A stretch of DNA of 63,065 nt, counting the filler, from Bigelowiella natans CCMP2755 (lineage: Eukaryota > Protista > Cercozoa): the NCBI GenBank assembly GCA_000320545.1. It is 5 parts of 5 records of this genome, joined end to end, with 100 filler letters (N's around TTAATTAATTAA, not from the genome) between each part and the next. Parts side by side here need not be neighbours in the genome. Positions count along the whole stretch, not along the records: positions 1 to 28,296 come from ADNK01000154.1; 4 more parts are not named here. One strand, 5' to 3'. Below are positions 12,616-27,535 of the stretch, one piece after another. Below the pieces are notes generated by a model that had not been told where the DNA came from, did not search any database, and saw only the letters and a program-made list of their open reading frames with translations. A program made the translations under genes and the position numbers. Numbering within the stretch: the first letter of the stretch is position 1; each line of letters opens with the position of its first letter.

Positions 12616-14220
12616 TTACGTTACACAGTGAAGGTCAACATTGCAACGGCTCTGGACCCCATCAGCACATGTTATCGGCCGCGTTCTCCAGTACTCGTCC
12701 TCGCTATATGCATACTCGAAGGCGTACTTCGGTCTTGGGTAACCCGAGCGCGGGGGGTAGGGAAATGAAGCCATACTCGTGCAATTTCCGTGCTGGGCAC
12801 AAGTTTGTGCAGGAGGGTTGGAGAGTTTGAAAAGGGGCGACGACGGAGGAGGCACTGGGGGCAATATGATGGTTTTGGACCTGCATTATTATTGCACAGT
12901 TAGTAAGATAAAAGCCTGTGCAGCACGGCTTCGTTCATTAAATTAGTAGGCCAACAAAATCGTATAAGATGAGACGAGATACATTAAAGCATTCGCTAAA
13001 GAATCCGCTATTTGACGTCGGTCTGCTAATATCCACTGCTGATTTCATTACCTGCAGAGAGAGGAGGTATTAAGTCCTATTGAGACTGTGACGACGGGTG
13101 ATGATAATGATGATGTATTGACGTAGGATGAATTGCTAGAGATGGTTGGGCATAATCCCGCCTCTGAATTATTCCCAATAAAACAGCCGCAGCACGTTGT
13201 GACGGGCCACACACTGAGACACTGGCAGGAGCAGGGTTCTCCTCCTCCTCCTCCTCCTGCTGCTGATGATGATGATACCGACGAACAATCACAGTCGAAT
13301 CCGCACATTCCACTTTGACACTCAGAATGATCTCCACAGCGTTCTCCAAATCGCTTGGTACCGCTGCTAGCGTCTGGGTGCAGCTCTCCGAATGAATTCT
13401 CGATGTTGTTGTTGTTGTCGTTGTTGTCGTTGTTGCTAACGTGCCATGTCTTCACATAGGGAAGGTCCGGCTCTTCGAACACATCATCATTCCATTCAAA
13501 GTTTCCCCACCACCTTAGAGAGCACAAATAAATATAATAAGAACAGACAGAAATTGACCCACATCGATTGTGATGATCTAGGATCCTACTCTTCGAACAT
13601 TACTGTCTTATATGCATACATGCGCGCATACATACAGAGTTGTCGCGTGCGTTGGGTACTGTTTTCAGACGATTTTTCACGTACTATGCAAACTACCCGC
13701 AGTCATATGGACGCTGATTCAGCTGAGGGAGCTCATGATCCCCCCCCCCTTCAACCCGTACGAAATCAGGATAGTCTGGGCAGGTGTGAATTCGGTCTTG
13801 GCTGTTTGTGATGCACCCGCAGCATCTTTTCTCATACGCATTGGTAGCTGTACTATTGGAAGACGACGATGAGGAAGAAATTGGACAGATGCATGAGGTT
13901 GCGTTGTCAGGAGCCCAGTTTAGTGCGCTACAAGACACACCGCAGAGGCCTGATGAACAGTCCGAACCTCGCTCGCATGGCATCCCGTAGTCCTTCATCG
14001 GAACTCCGAGAAGATAATATCCCTCCGGTGGTATAGGCACGGGCATTAATCCGCACAGATTCGACGATGCCGCCTCGCCCTTTATCCGGAAGGAAGTCAC
14101 GCCGACAAAGAGGACCACTATTGCCACAACACCAAACGACGGGTACAGGTAAGCAAGCCCCGCCCGACCCTCACTCTCCTGGGCCTTCCGCGAGCGAACT
14201 ACCACCCTTTGGTCGAACAT
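12616..14220 (-). CDS. Cysteine-rich type II membrane/secreted protein with two internal Cys repeats (multi-exon)
   Basis: ORFs 13693-14220, 13048-13527 and 12616-12864 are collinear; hydrophobic anchor FGVVAIVVLFVGV; repeat YGMPCERGSDCSSGLCGVSC..C.C..CCGC versus FGERCGDHSECQSGMCGFDC..C.C..CCGC. Start is uncertain. Confidence 0.65.
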
Positions 14221-14644
14221 GCGTGGCTACAATGGCAGCAGCAGCAGTAGCAGCGGCAGCAGCTGGCAGGGGGTGCCTCCCATGAAGTCAGACATCATTC
14301 CTACGTACACCAGAGACAGAGATCGACTTATTTTCCTCCTCCTCCTTGTCGCAGGTCAAAGTCGGCAATAATGCCCTGTATCTATTGGGATTATGGAAGA
14401 AAGTCGGCTCCCTCCTCATGTCGCAGATCAAAATCGTCGCTCCCACACACGTGTTCCTTCAATTCCAAGGAGAGCGGCGGATAGAGGGTGAGAAGGCCAA
14501 CACTGGTGAGCGACATAAAAATATGGTGTTTTTTTAGAAGAATGGCATGTTATTTTGACTATTTTTCGCGCGTACAAAGAAAGGAGAAAGCAGAAAGGAG
14601 GAGAAGGGGGGGGACACCTACACAAACCTCCGACCTTTGGAGAT

Positions 14645-15578
14645 ATGACTCCTGATGCATGCGAGGAAGGAGGGCCGCCCCGCTCATCTTCCTCAGAGAT
14701 TCCGATACCCCCCCCTCCCCCCTTTCCCTCTGGAGAATTCCAAATACCGCCTCCACCCCCTCTGCTGGGAGGAATCCCTCCTCCACCTGGATTGCTTCGG
14801 GAGGAAGATGACACACAAATCAAGGAATGGAAAGGACATATCCCATCAGTGAAGATGAAGAAAATTCACTGGAGGCGAATAGAATCGAAAAAGTATAACC
14901 ACTGTTTCTCTGAATGACGGAGGAGTATGCTCTTGATTTTTGAACCTACATGTTATCGTCATTCACCACATCACATCACATCAGAGCGCTGACGGATGAC
15001 AGCTTCTGGCAGACCATAGAGCCAGTGGATTTCGACAGGACTTCTTTTCAGGTGACACACACACACACGCGCGCGCGCGCGCGCCAGACTCCTCGTTCTT
15101 TCCTCCTCCGGTATGTCGCTGAAGATTTTTGCGTTTGCCTTCACAAAGCAACTGTTTGAGGCGCGTGTCGCTTCGAAACGGCGGACTTCGGGAGCCAAGA
15201 AGAGTCGTTCCAGGGCACGACATGCTTCCAAGTCTTCTAAGGTACAAGGAATAAGTTGCATGAGCGACACAATGCGTTGGAAAGCAGCATTAATCATACG
15301 TTTTGAGGCCGTATCGTTTGTTCTTTTTCGCTGCTATTTGCTCATCTAATTGCTCCCTGTAACCGCAGGTGTCATTGCTTGACTCGCAGCGCGAGGTGAA
15401 TGTAGGGATTCTTCTCTCAAAGTTCAAGATGTCTCCCGAGATGGTGCGAGAGGCCGTTGAGACGCTTGACTTAGGTTTTCTCACGCAGGACGTTCTTGCA
15501 GGCCTGATCAAGGTCAGATATACATACATAGCCACCTCAAGTACAGTGCTCTACTATTCTATGCGCTCACCCCCCCCC

Positions 15579-15631
<53 letters not shown>

Positions 15632-16795
15632 GTCAATGTGAAACTGTGGTGTCGTCAGGTCCTCCCGACTGAGGAGGAACTAAAGGTTTTGAAGGCATTC
15701 AAAGGTAAAAACATAGAAGAAGAAGAAGAATAAGAATAAGAGATATATTCCGTCTTTCGCCACAGCTTTAGTGATCCCATATTCTCTAACACACTGCCAT
15801 TCATTTGCTAACATGATGAAAGGGCCGCCCTCCATGCTTACCGACACGTCAAGATTTCAGTAAGAACAAAGCAAAACACACCAGACGAATTGAACGACGA
15901 CGAGAATTCTTTTTAGCAACGAAACGTACCAGTCACGGAATATGAGCGCCAGTGTGTTAATGCGGCTCTCCGCACCCTGCACGCATATCACCACCCTATT
16001 TAGGATGATCGTTGGGACAATCCATGATGTGAAGACAAGGCTCCAACATGTGCTCTTCATGTGCCAGGTGATGATGATTGATGATGTAAGGAGGCCACCG
16101 GTGCTCGAATGATGCTCGATGGCCGATATATGACTGTTGCTGCTGCTTGCCCGCTCCTGACGTCCTGCTGTAGTTCTCACTTCTTCGCTCTTACACAGGT
16201 GCCTGAGAGCTTTTCCAGCCTCAGGGTTTCTCTTCGTCTGGTCAACCGAGCACTACGAGCCATTCGCTCCTCGTCGGCTCTCAAGCAGCTTCTGCACCTT
16301 GTCCTCAGCATAGGCAATCATATGAATTTTGGAACGCGAAAGGTTTGTGTGTGTGTATGTGTGTGTGTGTGTATGTGTGTGTGTGTGTGTATTCGAGGAG
16401 GAGTGTATCAATGTTGCTGCTGCTATGTCGCGGTTCCCATTCTCCATGCAGAATCACTTCGTTTGTTTGTTCCACTGTCCGTCCTGCACAAAGGGAAATG
16501 CCTCTGGATTTGACATCCAGTTGCTGCTCACACTCTCTGCGATCAAGGCGACAGATAGAAAGTAGTAGGAGTAGTAGTAGCAGCAGTTGTTGTTTGATGT
16601 GTCCGCCTCCTTGTCAGTCGGGCTGCAAAAGGGCCTTAACATCTCATTAGTAGTAGTAGTAGTAATCTTAAAGAAAAAGGAGAAGAGAACGTTTGTTTCT
16701 TATTAATATCTATTCCCTCCTCTTTTATTTTCCTCTTCCTCCTCCCTTTCTCTGCTCGTAGTTAATGATTACTTCTTCTTGACTAACCGATAACA

Positions 16796-16838
<43 letters not shown>

Positions 16839-17613
16839 CTTCTCTTTGTCCTCAGGTCGTCTCTGCTTGACTACATCGTTGGTGTAATGGAGGGGTCAGG
16901 AAAGGAGGAGGAGGAGGTAAAACAGCAGCGGCAAGAACAACAGAAACAACAGCCAACCGGAGGAGGAGGAGGAGGAAGAGGATTCTTGTTGGGCGGGGAA
17001 AATAAGGTACTAAATCGCACTTAAGAAGAAGAAGAAGAAGAAGAAGAAATGCCAGGAGCATCATGAATAGTATCTGGTGATATGATGGGGTTGATTGGTT
17101 GTTTGATCCGAGAAGGAGAGAGAGAATCAACTGCTCACTTGGCCACCCACGCTCCACACGGTGATGATGATGATAATGATGCTTAATAATGTGCTTTTTA
17201 TCATCAGAATCATCATCGCGAAGAAAAAGATGCTGCCACCGCAAGGGGGGGGACAGGTAAGGCCGAGGATGATGAGGAGGAGGGGCAGAAGGAGGAAAAG
17301 AGTAAGCAAAACCAACAAAGGCTGCAGCAGCGTCGAAGGCGATCGATCCTCCGCCCCTCCCCCTCCCCCTCCCCCACCACCACACCGAGGAGGCGGCAAA
17401 GGAAGAGAAAGGGAGGAAACCACCTCAACTCCAAGCTGCTCAAAGAGTTAAATCCCGTTGTCCCGGTAGGAAGCTAGCTGCTGCTGCTGCTGCTGCTTTT
17501 CAATGCATACATACATGCATAATAATCATGCATGTTTGGTTTTGCTCCTCCCGCCTTCTTCTCATTCGACTACTGTTTACCATGATTCTGTGGAAGAAAT
17601 CATCAACTACTAC

Positions 17614-17647
<34 letters not shown>

Positions 17648-17764
17648 TATATCACAGACAATCCGTCGTCTCTCCCCTCATGTATGGTATATTCATTATT
17701 TATTGAACCCGCTGCTGTTGTTATTATTATACCACATTGTGCCAGCGACTAGCTAGAAACATCC

Positions 17765-17798
<34 letters not shown>

Positions 17799-17966
17799 AT
17801 TCAAGGCCTGTCGTGTGGAGCTCGATCAGCTAGACTCTCAGCTGCGACAAATCATGTATCGTTATCAAATCAAATCTCTTTTCTTTTTTGTTTGTTGTGT
17901 TAACTGGCTGTGTGTGCAGGCACATTGTGCGTGTGTGTGTGTGTGTGTTTTCTTGCGTGTTTATGC

Positions 17967-18008
<42 letters not shown>

Positions 18009-18140
18009 TATACAGATATTTTTTAAATTTTATAATTTATTTTTTCCCGGATATATTCGTTATAATGACGGCTTGGACAGGACAAAACTTGAGACGATTC
18101 GAAAAAGTCTTCAATCACAACGACAGCAGGTTCTCTCTCT

Positions 18141-18191
<51 letters not shown>

Positions 18192-18462
18192 CCCCCCCCC
18201 CCCCCCCCCTCCCTCTCTCTCATTCTCCCTTTACGTCGTACGTCGTTTTATCGATTAATTACTATTCATTCATTATCAGATGAAACGCGAGGAGCAGGCG
18301 GGATGTGCCACTGGGTTCTACGTGGCAATGGTGGTCTATTGTAGTAGTTTGTTCGTTCTTTAGTTAGTTAGTTAGTTAGTTAGTCACTCGCGAAGAGGAG
18401 GAGGAGGAGGAGGAGGAGGAATGCGAGCGTGCACAATTATATTGTTGTTTCGATATACAAAT

Positions 18463-18512
<50 letters not shown>

Positions 18513-18657
18513 GTATAAACGTGTTTTGTTGTTTTGTTTTGGGGTTTGTTGGCGTCTTGGGACTCACAAACAAAAATGTGATGATGGTATTTTTCAAATA
18601 ATGATTTGTGTTTAAATGTTGGTATTTCTTGGTCATGTCATGGCAGATGGTAGGGCA

Positions 18658-18714
<57 letters not shown>

Positions 18715-19444
18715 CCTCTTTGCTTATTCTTCTTCTTAAGAATCCGCATCCTACCCTTCACGTACTCTTCCTTATGCCGCAGTGATTGAGTCATGTCTCC
18801 CTAGTCTCATGGAGGTGTTGTTTGTTGTTTGCGTTGTGTTATATGTGTGTGTGTGTGTGCGTCCTTCTGTGCTAATCTGGGGGGCTGGTGCTCCTCTCGT
18901 GCATTGCGGTACTGTCATCTGCGTTGGGCGCTGCTCCGTTCATTAAAGATCCGAGAATACGCTAGAGCTGTGAGGTAGTATGATCATAATTCAAGATATC
19001 ATCATCATCATCATCGTCATCATCATCCGCACTATTTTTGCTACGATGCTTTCGAGCATGCACGATTATTATTGAGACGTCAGGCTGCTGCTGCCCCGAT
19101 GTCGTGTGGTAAACTCTTTAAAAGACATCACTAAATCAATCTGCATCATCAAGGTTGTACAATTCGGCTCAAGCTGCTTTCAAGGCGACGCAAAGTGGAT
19201 GCGAGGACTTGGTTTCAAATTACCTGCTCATTCCTTCCTCCTCCTCCTCCTCCTCCTCCTCCTCCTCCTCGAATAAATCCTGCAAAGCCACGTCTATATT
19301 CCAGACCATTCGGTAGTATTAGTTTATGGTAAATTATAGCTGATAATGTCGTTGTAGTAGTAGTTGGAGGAGTAGTAATAGTAGTAGTAGTAGTATAAAG
19401 AGGGGTTTTTTTTATTATTTTACAGTAGAATCGAGGTTTATACC

Positions 19445-19519
<75 letters not shown>

Positions 19520-20320
19520 TAGGGAGAGGTAGAGCATATGAGTGAATACAGGCAGGGAACTCACTGTCCCCCCTTCTCCTCTTCTGTCTTCTGCTTCTTC
19601 TTCTTCTTCTTGTACGCTGCTGCTGCTGCTGCTGCTACTGTTTCCTACGATATGATCAACTTTGCAGAGAATTCATGGCCTTGTATAAGCGATCGTTAGT
19701 TTCTTTCCGGTAGTAAGTAGTAGTAGTGGTAGTAGTAGTAGTGGTGGTAGTGGTAGTGGTAGTAGTAGTAGTAGTGGTAGTACAATACACAAAATCCCCC
19801 TCCTCCTCCTCCTCTTCCTCCTCCTCCTCTCATCTGCTTCTCAATTGCGTAGTTCCATTCTTCAAGATGGTTCTCTCCCATGATGTATTCATGATAATCT
19901 CCACGTATCATGTGTGTGTGTGTGTCTGTGGGGTGGGTGGCGTGATGAGCAGCCAACGCAAGAAGCACGAGGTCAGGGCCAGACTGCGCAATCGAAGTCG
20001 GCAAAGAAAGTCAAAGAAGAATCTGGAGAAGAACAGGGTTATGATACCTACCAACAACCACACACACACACACACATATATATACATATACATATACATA
20101 TATGCACGTCACATACAAACAACGTAGTGTGTGTATAGTTAGGTAAGTTAATACACACGTACTTGACAATATAGTTCTCCTGCATGTGCCTGCTTCTGCT
20201 ATTTATGTCTTGCGTGGGGGTGCGTCCTCCTCCTCCTCCTCCTCGTTCCTGCATGATGATTGAAATTCTGTTTGAAGGCGCAATCTTCGGAGCCGATGAT
20301 CACATCAGGCCATCATTCAT

Positions 20321-20352
<32 letters not shown>

Positions 20353-21263
20353 GCTACTGCTGCAACAACTCCTACTACTCGTCGTCAGCATGGACTCGCT
20401 ACTGCTTCTTCTTCCTTCTCCTACTCCTCCTCCTTAGCCCGTCGCAATAACGTGCTCCTCCTACACAAAACAACCCGTCGCCGTGGCTCTGTACCAACGG
20501 TCATGACGGCTTCTCGTCGCATCATCGCCTCCGCCTCATCATCACCATCGTCGCAAGCGCTGTCCTCGCGTTCGTCGCCGTCGTCGGCATCAGTCTCGAG
20601 CGCGGCGGCCGGTAGGCGGGGGGGGGGCAAGAGAATAGCCTTTGCTCCATACAGCAATGTGCTGCTCAAGACGTCCACATCCCTCTCCATTCCAGAGACC
20701 AACCACGAGGAAGAGGGCAAAGATCCTGATTGTTGTCTTTACGCTGCTACTACTGCTGCTGCTACTGCAGCTGCTGGCGTCGTCGGTTGCGATCGTGATG
20801 ATGACGAGGATGGTCTTCGGCCAATGGCTGCTTCAGCACCTCAACCACCATCAACTTCACCAGCCGAGCGAAAGCATACTGCGAACCCCTCAAAGATCAG
20901 CCCCCCCCCTCAAAATTCTTCCGAAGCGAGCATGGACCGCAGCAGCCCTCAAGATAAGGTTGCTACGCTATTCGTTATTCAGTTAGATTGTAATCACGTG
21001 ATGAGCGAATGCTGTATAGAACGATGAAATCGATCAATTAATCAATGAATGCCATGTATTTCTACGAAAACGGTTAAGTTGCGCCGTTGTGAGGATATCC
21101 CTCCCCCCCCCTCCCCAGAACCACTATCTATCTGTTCTGTTTTAATTTGGTGTACTATTTAAAGAAAAAGGTCATAGAGAAGTCACGTCGCGACCGTGCA
21201 TTGGCCTCAGAAGCACGCCGACAGCTGCTTCTCTTCACCCGAAGCTCAGAATCGCTCTTCTGA
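14645..21263 (+). CDS. Formin (FH1 polyproline + FH2), many microsatellite-filled introns
   Basis: FH1 PPPPP tracts at 14700-14790; FH2 motifs KMKKIHWRRI, SFWQTI, VSLLDSQREVNVGILL, LPTEEE, LKQLLHLVLSIGNHMNFG, GNASGFDIQLL...IKATD, SLLDYIV; probable last exon 21171-21263. Confidence 0.92.
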
Positions 21264-21764
21264 AAGATATGTTCTCCACGCCAAATTTGAGTGCGAATAC
21301 ACGCGGCGGATTCATGAAATGAAATGATAAATGTAGATATGGTAAAATGTTAAAAATTCAGCGTGTACGTTGTATTTGTGCTGCGTTTGATGCTTTCTCA
21401 TCAAAAATTGGAGATTTCTGCTGTGAAAAAAAGGCTGACATGTTGTGAGCGCACAAGAGGTGTATGACTGTCAAAGTAAGCGTACATTGTATGACTGCCA
21501 CATCACAACATCGCTGTTGAAACGCAAGCTAGTGCAATGAATGCCATGCTGTTTGTAGTCATGCGATCTAGCGATGTGCATGGTGCGATTAATAAATACA
21601 GACTTTGTGCCAGACAACCCTCAAAAACAAACATGCACCATGAGCATGCACCGCTTATTAACATTGGACATGCTAGCATGCGCACCTAGCCCATCTAGCC
21701 ATGGAGTAGCTAGGTAGCTTATTGCATTGCATGTGTGAGACAGATCTATAGATGCAGCCATTGA

Positions 21765-21850
21765 TGAGGCGGATGTGGTGAATGAACAAATTTATAAATT
21801 TGATTCATCGCTATCATTAAATTGTGATCCTAACATAGCTGTGCGATGCT
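21765..21850 (+). repeat. Dispersed repeat family core, copy 4 (diverged)
   Basis: TGAGGCGGATGT...GATCCTAACATAGCTGTGCGATG, followed by GCGGATACAGCGCT, matching GCGGCTACAGCGCT after copy 2. Confidence 0.6.
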
Positions 21851-22401
21851 AGGATGCTGCGGATACAGCGCTAGAGCGCTTAGATTTTGTTTGTTAGTTT
21901 CTGCAAGTCAAGCATTTCATTCTTGAAAAGGCGTCATGCAATGTATGCAGCCATTTCATGTGTGCAGACTTGTGTGTCTGTGAGTCTGTGAGATGCACCT
22001 TAAAACGCATACCAGCGTGGGTAGCCATGCTAGCATGCTTACACATTTTGCAGCTACGTACATCAGGTATATGTGTCCCTTGCTATCTAGCTACAAAGCT
22101 AATCTAGCTCATGCCCATTCCACGTAAAACATGTCGTGTCCATGATGCAAGCACACATTCACAACAGCTGCTCACACGGCTATATATGCCGACGACATGC
22201 AATGGCCACGCAAGATGCGAAAGATTGATGAATTCTTATTTATAATAAGAAAAGCGGACTTTGGTGACTGATTTGATTTATGCAGTATGTGAACAATCCA
22301 GGAAGTGTTTAAACATCTACAAATGTGCAAAATCGAAGCGAACCAATCTACGCAGCCTGTGGCGTCGCGGCTCGAAAGGATAGAATAACTTTTAGTTATT
22401 G

Positions 22402-22661
22402 CTATTTTCGAAGCTCCTTCTTATGTGTGTGGACTTCATCGGTTATCGCATCTCTCCAAGAATCTTCGTGAAACACCTAGTGGATTTCAGGAACATGAAC
22501 TATTTTTCCTTCACAGATGTCGTCGTATGCTTACCATCATCATTTTGGGTTTCAACGGTACGTCGCAAGTATCTCCGTCTTCGTAGCTCAAAGCCACAAG
22601 ATTACGGTGAAGATCGACGGAAAGGATTTTGGCTGGGTAATATCTAATATTAACAAACAAA

Positions 22662-22707
<46 letters not shown>

Positions 22708-23523
22708 GAGGGGGAGAGAGAGGGGTGAGAAGGGAGCTGTCGGTTTCCATCTCAATTAAACCATTAATGATGATGATTGTATACGTGCTGCCCACCTCTC
22801 ATTTTTGGGGAAAATGGCGTAAACGAACTGGCCCACAAATATTCGAGAAGGGCAGGCCTTTTCCACCTCACCATACAGCATGAAGATGTCCGGTAAATCC
22901 CGTTCCATTATCTCCATCAGCCTCTTCTCGAAATTCGGTGCCTTACACTTTGCCTGTTTTGCCTTTTGCCTAGCGTGAATCTGGGCCATATCGGGAGCCA
23001 TTTGGAGGATGAGGCCCCTCTGCCCATATCCAAATCCGAGGCTGGCAATGTCCACTGAGTCACAAATCTTGCACGAGGCGCTCATCTATGGTAAATAATT
23101 AATGGCTGCTGGCCTGCCTTAACTACCTACCTAATGATGAGAGGAAAAAATGAATTAACAACAAGAACACTGGCTGATGATTTGCTGGGTGTTACAGCAA
23201 GGAGCTTAGGAGGGAGAAGAGGGATGTCCGGGGAAACAGATCATCACTAGGCCAGGGCAGCAGAAAGTCGTATCTCGTCCTTCTATATCTCTCCTCGCTA
23301 TTTATCTATTCCACCCGTCTATATCAAGCGACTGTGACTACCTTACTATTGACTGGCGCTTGCGCCATCCTTCCGCCCTCCCCCTCTGTGCAAGGAGATC
23401 AGTCTGATGCCCTCGTCTCGTATCGATCGAGATACGACTGCGACAACACGACAGCACGGAGGATGACGTGGAGAATCTCCTAAGGATCTCGAGAGGTTTG
23501 TTGTATGTGGAAATAAAGGGCAT
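22402..23523 (-). CDS. Tudor/Agenet-like domain protein (multi-exon, 5' end uncertain)
   Basis: Spliced exons read VGQFVYAIFPKNER|YYPAKILSVDLHRNLVALSYEDGDTCDVPL, a Tudor-type pattern; last exon VFHEDSWRDAI...ELRK-stop at 22402. Confidence 0.65.
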
Positions 23524-23761
23524 TTTGGATGAACGACATCAATTACCAACATGAAACGCTCGCTCTAACGTAACAACAACGGGCGGACCGTAAATGTGGG
23601 CGAGGATTGAAGAAGCCAGGCCACGTTTTTGAGAAGATGATGATGATGATGATGATAATGATGATGATGGGATCACGTTAGTTTTTGGACAGCAGCGTAT
23701 AGCCTAGAACTGTCTCCTTCCAGCAGTTGTGGCTAGCGGGGAGAAGAACCCACCACCTACA

Positions 23762-24891
23762 ATGGAAGCTGATCATAAGCACTCAGCCCAGACAGTCATT
23801 TTCGACAGTAAGAGCTTCCTGGAGAAAAAGCAGATCAGTATCCGCACAATCCATAATGAAGAAGAAGAGGAATTGCAATGGTACACTTGCATCATAAGTG
23901 CATACAGAATAATGTCAGGATAACACAGGGTTCTATGCTATGCGTAGTAGAAAGAACCAACCCCAAAGAGGAAACACACAGCAGCGCATTCAACAGAAAG
24001 TCTAATGAACAGAATTCCTGCATATTTACAAACCCCATTTCTTGCTGTTGCGTCCAGGTTCCCCAAACTGGAACATTGGAGAGGATGTCGTGCATTTTTG
24101 TTCAAAATATTCGATGATGTCAAAGCTTCCAAATCCTCCATCCTTTTCTCTGTTGTGAGCAGTGGCATGGTGCTTTTGTCGACTATCTCGTTGGTAATGA
24201 CTGTTACATCCGACATCACAACCATAATCTACATTGTTACAGATATTACAGTTTCTGCCCTTTCTGTATGGGTTGATGATGATGTTTTCTGGTATCCAGC
24301 TCATCAGCTCTCTACCACGATATCGCTACCCAAGATATGGCAACGATGAAGGGGACACACCTGAAGTGTTCCAGCAGGTGACTTTACTTCCCTTTTAGAT
24401 CTCAACACCCGTTGGGGAGGACTGGCTAACTCAATTAGTATTTCTGGATTTATTGATTCTTCATCGCCGTCTCGTCGTCGTTGCATGCATCAGATCGAGC
24501 TTTATAGCGTCGTTTTCTTCACAGTGGAATACGTAGTTCGCATTGGCACTGTCAGTTCAATGCCTATGCATTATATCACAGGAAAGCGGAAAGTGAGGGT
24601 AATGATGACAATGATAACAAGAATGATAGAATTGACCACGAAATGTAACGATGCTATTGCCCGCCCCCCCTGTACTCATTATCATTGTCTATTGCACACC
24701 ACTAATTAGCCGGAATTCACTTCAAGTCCGTGGTGGCACTTAAGAAAGACATTTCAATTCGCCAGTCAGCCTATGAACCTCATCGACCTCGTTGCCATTT
24801 TGCCGTTTTACCTTGGGGTGAGTAAGTTGAAAGAAGAGAAGAAAGCCACACCAAAGTGGCCACCAGCACGATGACGACGATATGTGATTAC

Positions 24892-24932
<41 letters not shown>

Positions 24933-25305
24933 TCTGGTTTGAGAAGTGAGCGTTCATGGTTGATGACGTGGGATTTATGATGTATGTTCTACTAGGGTGC
25001 ACTCGGAAACATCAACCTCACCAGTCTCAGATCGATAAGGTAGTAGTCATCCTCGTACTTCTCTTATTGCTTTCCTCGAGGAGGAGGAAGAGGAAGAGGA
25101 TGTTAATCGTGATACTGACCACCGGGCTTCATCATCATCGTCATCATCATTATTTCTAATATTTGCAGGCTCTTGCGATTAGTGAAACTCTTCCGGAAAA
25201 ACCAGATCATCCCACTACTCTCTGCAGTATTCACAGAGGCTCTTTCTACGCTGAAACAAGTCGGACGACACGCCTTTCGTTCGCCTTACATATGTGGAGA
25301 GCAAG

Positions 25306-25353
<48 letters not shown>

Positions 25354-26188
25354 CATATATGTATACACACACGCACGCGCGCGCGCGCGCACACACCGAT
25401 CTTTGACTCGTTTGTGTTGAATTTGCACTTGCTTCATCCGCTGAATCCATCATTGTTATTATGGTTATTATACACAAGGTCGCCGTGGTGTTGATGATAT
25501 TCGTGCTATTCATGGCAGCAGCGATCTTCATACTTGAGCAAGGGGTAGTAGTAGGACGTCAGTATTGTCCGTCCTTTCGGATTCTACATCCGCGCGCGTC
25601 CTGCGTAGTCTGTCCTCTGCACTCCTATTTTATGCCTACTCATGTTGTTATTACAATTCACGGTTTAAATATATGCAAACCCATGGTGCTCACGAATCGA
25701 GCAACAACAACAACAGCAACAACACTGTAATATGCAAACGAATTGAACAATTCGCATTAGGAATTCAACGAGGCTACGCAGAAATACGAGCGAAAGAACA
25801 TCTTTGGGGAGGACGAGGTCGTTTTGGGAGGGTGTGGGGAGGGGCTTTTGATGAAGTGATGTTGCCTGCTTGGGTTTTTCCTTCCTTTCCTTCTTTTTTT
25901 CCTCTGAGTAGGAAGCGGTTATATTGTCTAATATCTATCTTTCTCATTTCTTCATCACATACCCCTGTAACCCCCCCTTGCCTCTCCCCCCTGCCTATCA
26001 TCAGGTTTCGCCGTTCAACTCGATCTTCATATCGTTATGGTTCATCGTAGTTAGCCTCACAACGGTCGGATACGGTGATATGGTCCCTACAACTGTTCCG
26101 GTAGTAGTAGTACACTATGTTAGTAGTAGTATAACAAGCAGCTAACTAGCAGCAGCAGTAGGAGTGAGAGTAGTGAGAGTTTATATAA

Positions 26189-26238
<50 letters not shown>

Positions 26239-26998
26239 ATATCACATCACAGCATAATACCCAAGATGGTTTCGAGATTTCATTGAAAAATAAAAAGGGA
26301 GACGTTTCCTCACTCCTCCTCGCAAAATTGCCTCTGATGTACATTCTTCCTCTCCTCCTCCTCCTCCTCCTCCTCGTCGTCGTCGTACAGGGCCGGGTTG
26401 TTATGAGCGTATTTATCATGATCAACTTGATCCTATTCGCCATCCCAATTACCATCGTCTCCTCCATCTTCATGACGGAGCACGAGAAACAACAGAGAAG
26501 GCTCAATAATGTAGATACGCGTGTTGCGGTGTGTGTCTGTGTGGGGGACGGGAGAATAGCGTGATAGTATTCAAATCGAGGCACCGTTGCAAATACTGCT
26601 CTTTCACCACCGAACTCATCCTCCTATGGATCTAAGACTCGAGAAATGAGCCGTATGAGGAGAGTGGTGATTGGCCATCCAAAACGAATGTTGTTTTTGT
26701 TGTGCGATGATGATACCGACAGATGTCAAGCAACCGCTCCGACGTGTATCTGCAACACTACTTGGAATGGAAGGGCAGAGAAGTTAACAAGATGCTGAGA
26801 AAAAGGAGCCAACAGGTGCGTACACCGCACAGATTTGTACATATATTGACATATCCAAACTATTATAACAAAGAATAGCTCGAAATCGTATATAACGCAT
26901 ACATGTTGATCGATCTTTCGATTGCTTTCCTTGTTTTTTGGGATAGTAGTAAGCCGTTAATTTTTCTTCGCCCTCTCCTCTCCATGCCCTCGCCCTCT

Positions 26999-27074
<76 letters not shown>

Positions 27075-27398
27075 AGATGTTAAAAGCAGAGGGCCACGGA
27101 TTACCATTTCTTCCAGAGGGAACTTTCGCTGAGAGGGTGATAGGATGAGGAGGAGGAGGAGGAGAAGAAGAAGAAGAAGAAGAATAAAAACTTTACGAAT
27201 TTACCTTACGCACCAACAGAGATCGAAATTAGAAAAAACTCCGATTTTGAGAGCATCTAGCTTGCGACGAAAGAGACCGAGAGTGAGGCCCCTCTGTGAA
27301 AGCTTTGGGATATCGGATATATAAATATTATACACACACACACACACACACACAAATGAATGCTACTGCTATTGATCATTATCTTTATCATCATCATC

Positions 27399-27433
<35 letters not shown>

Positions 27434-27495
27434 GCGACACTAGTAGAACAGGCTTGTTGCAAGCAACACAAGCCAAACAACCCAACCAACCGATG

Positions 27496-27535
<40 letters not shown>

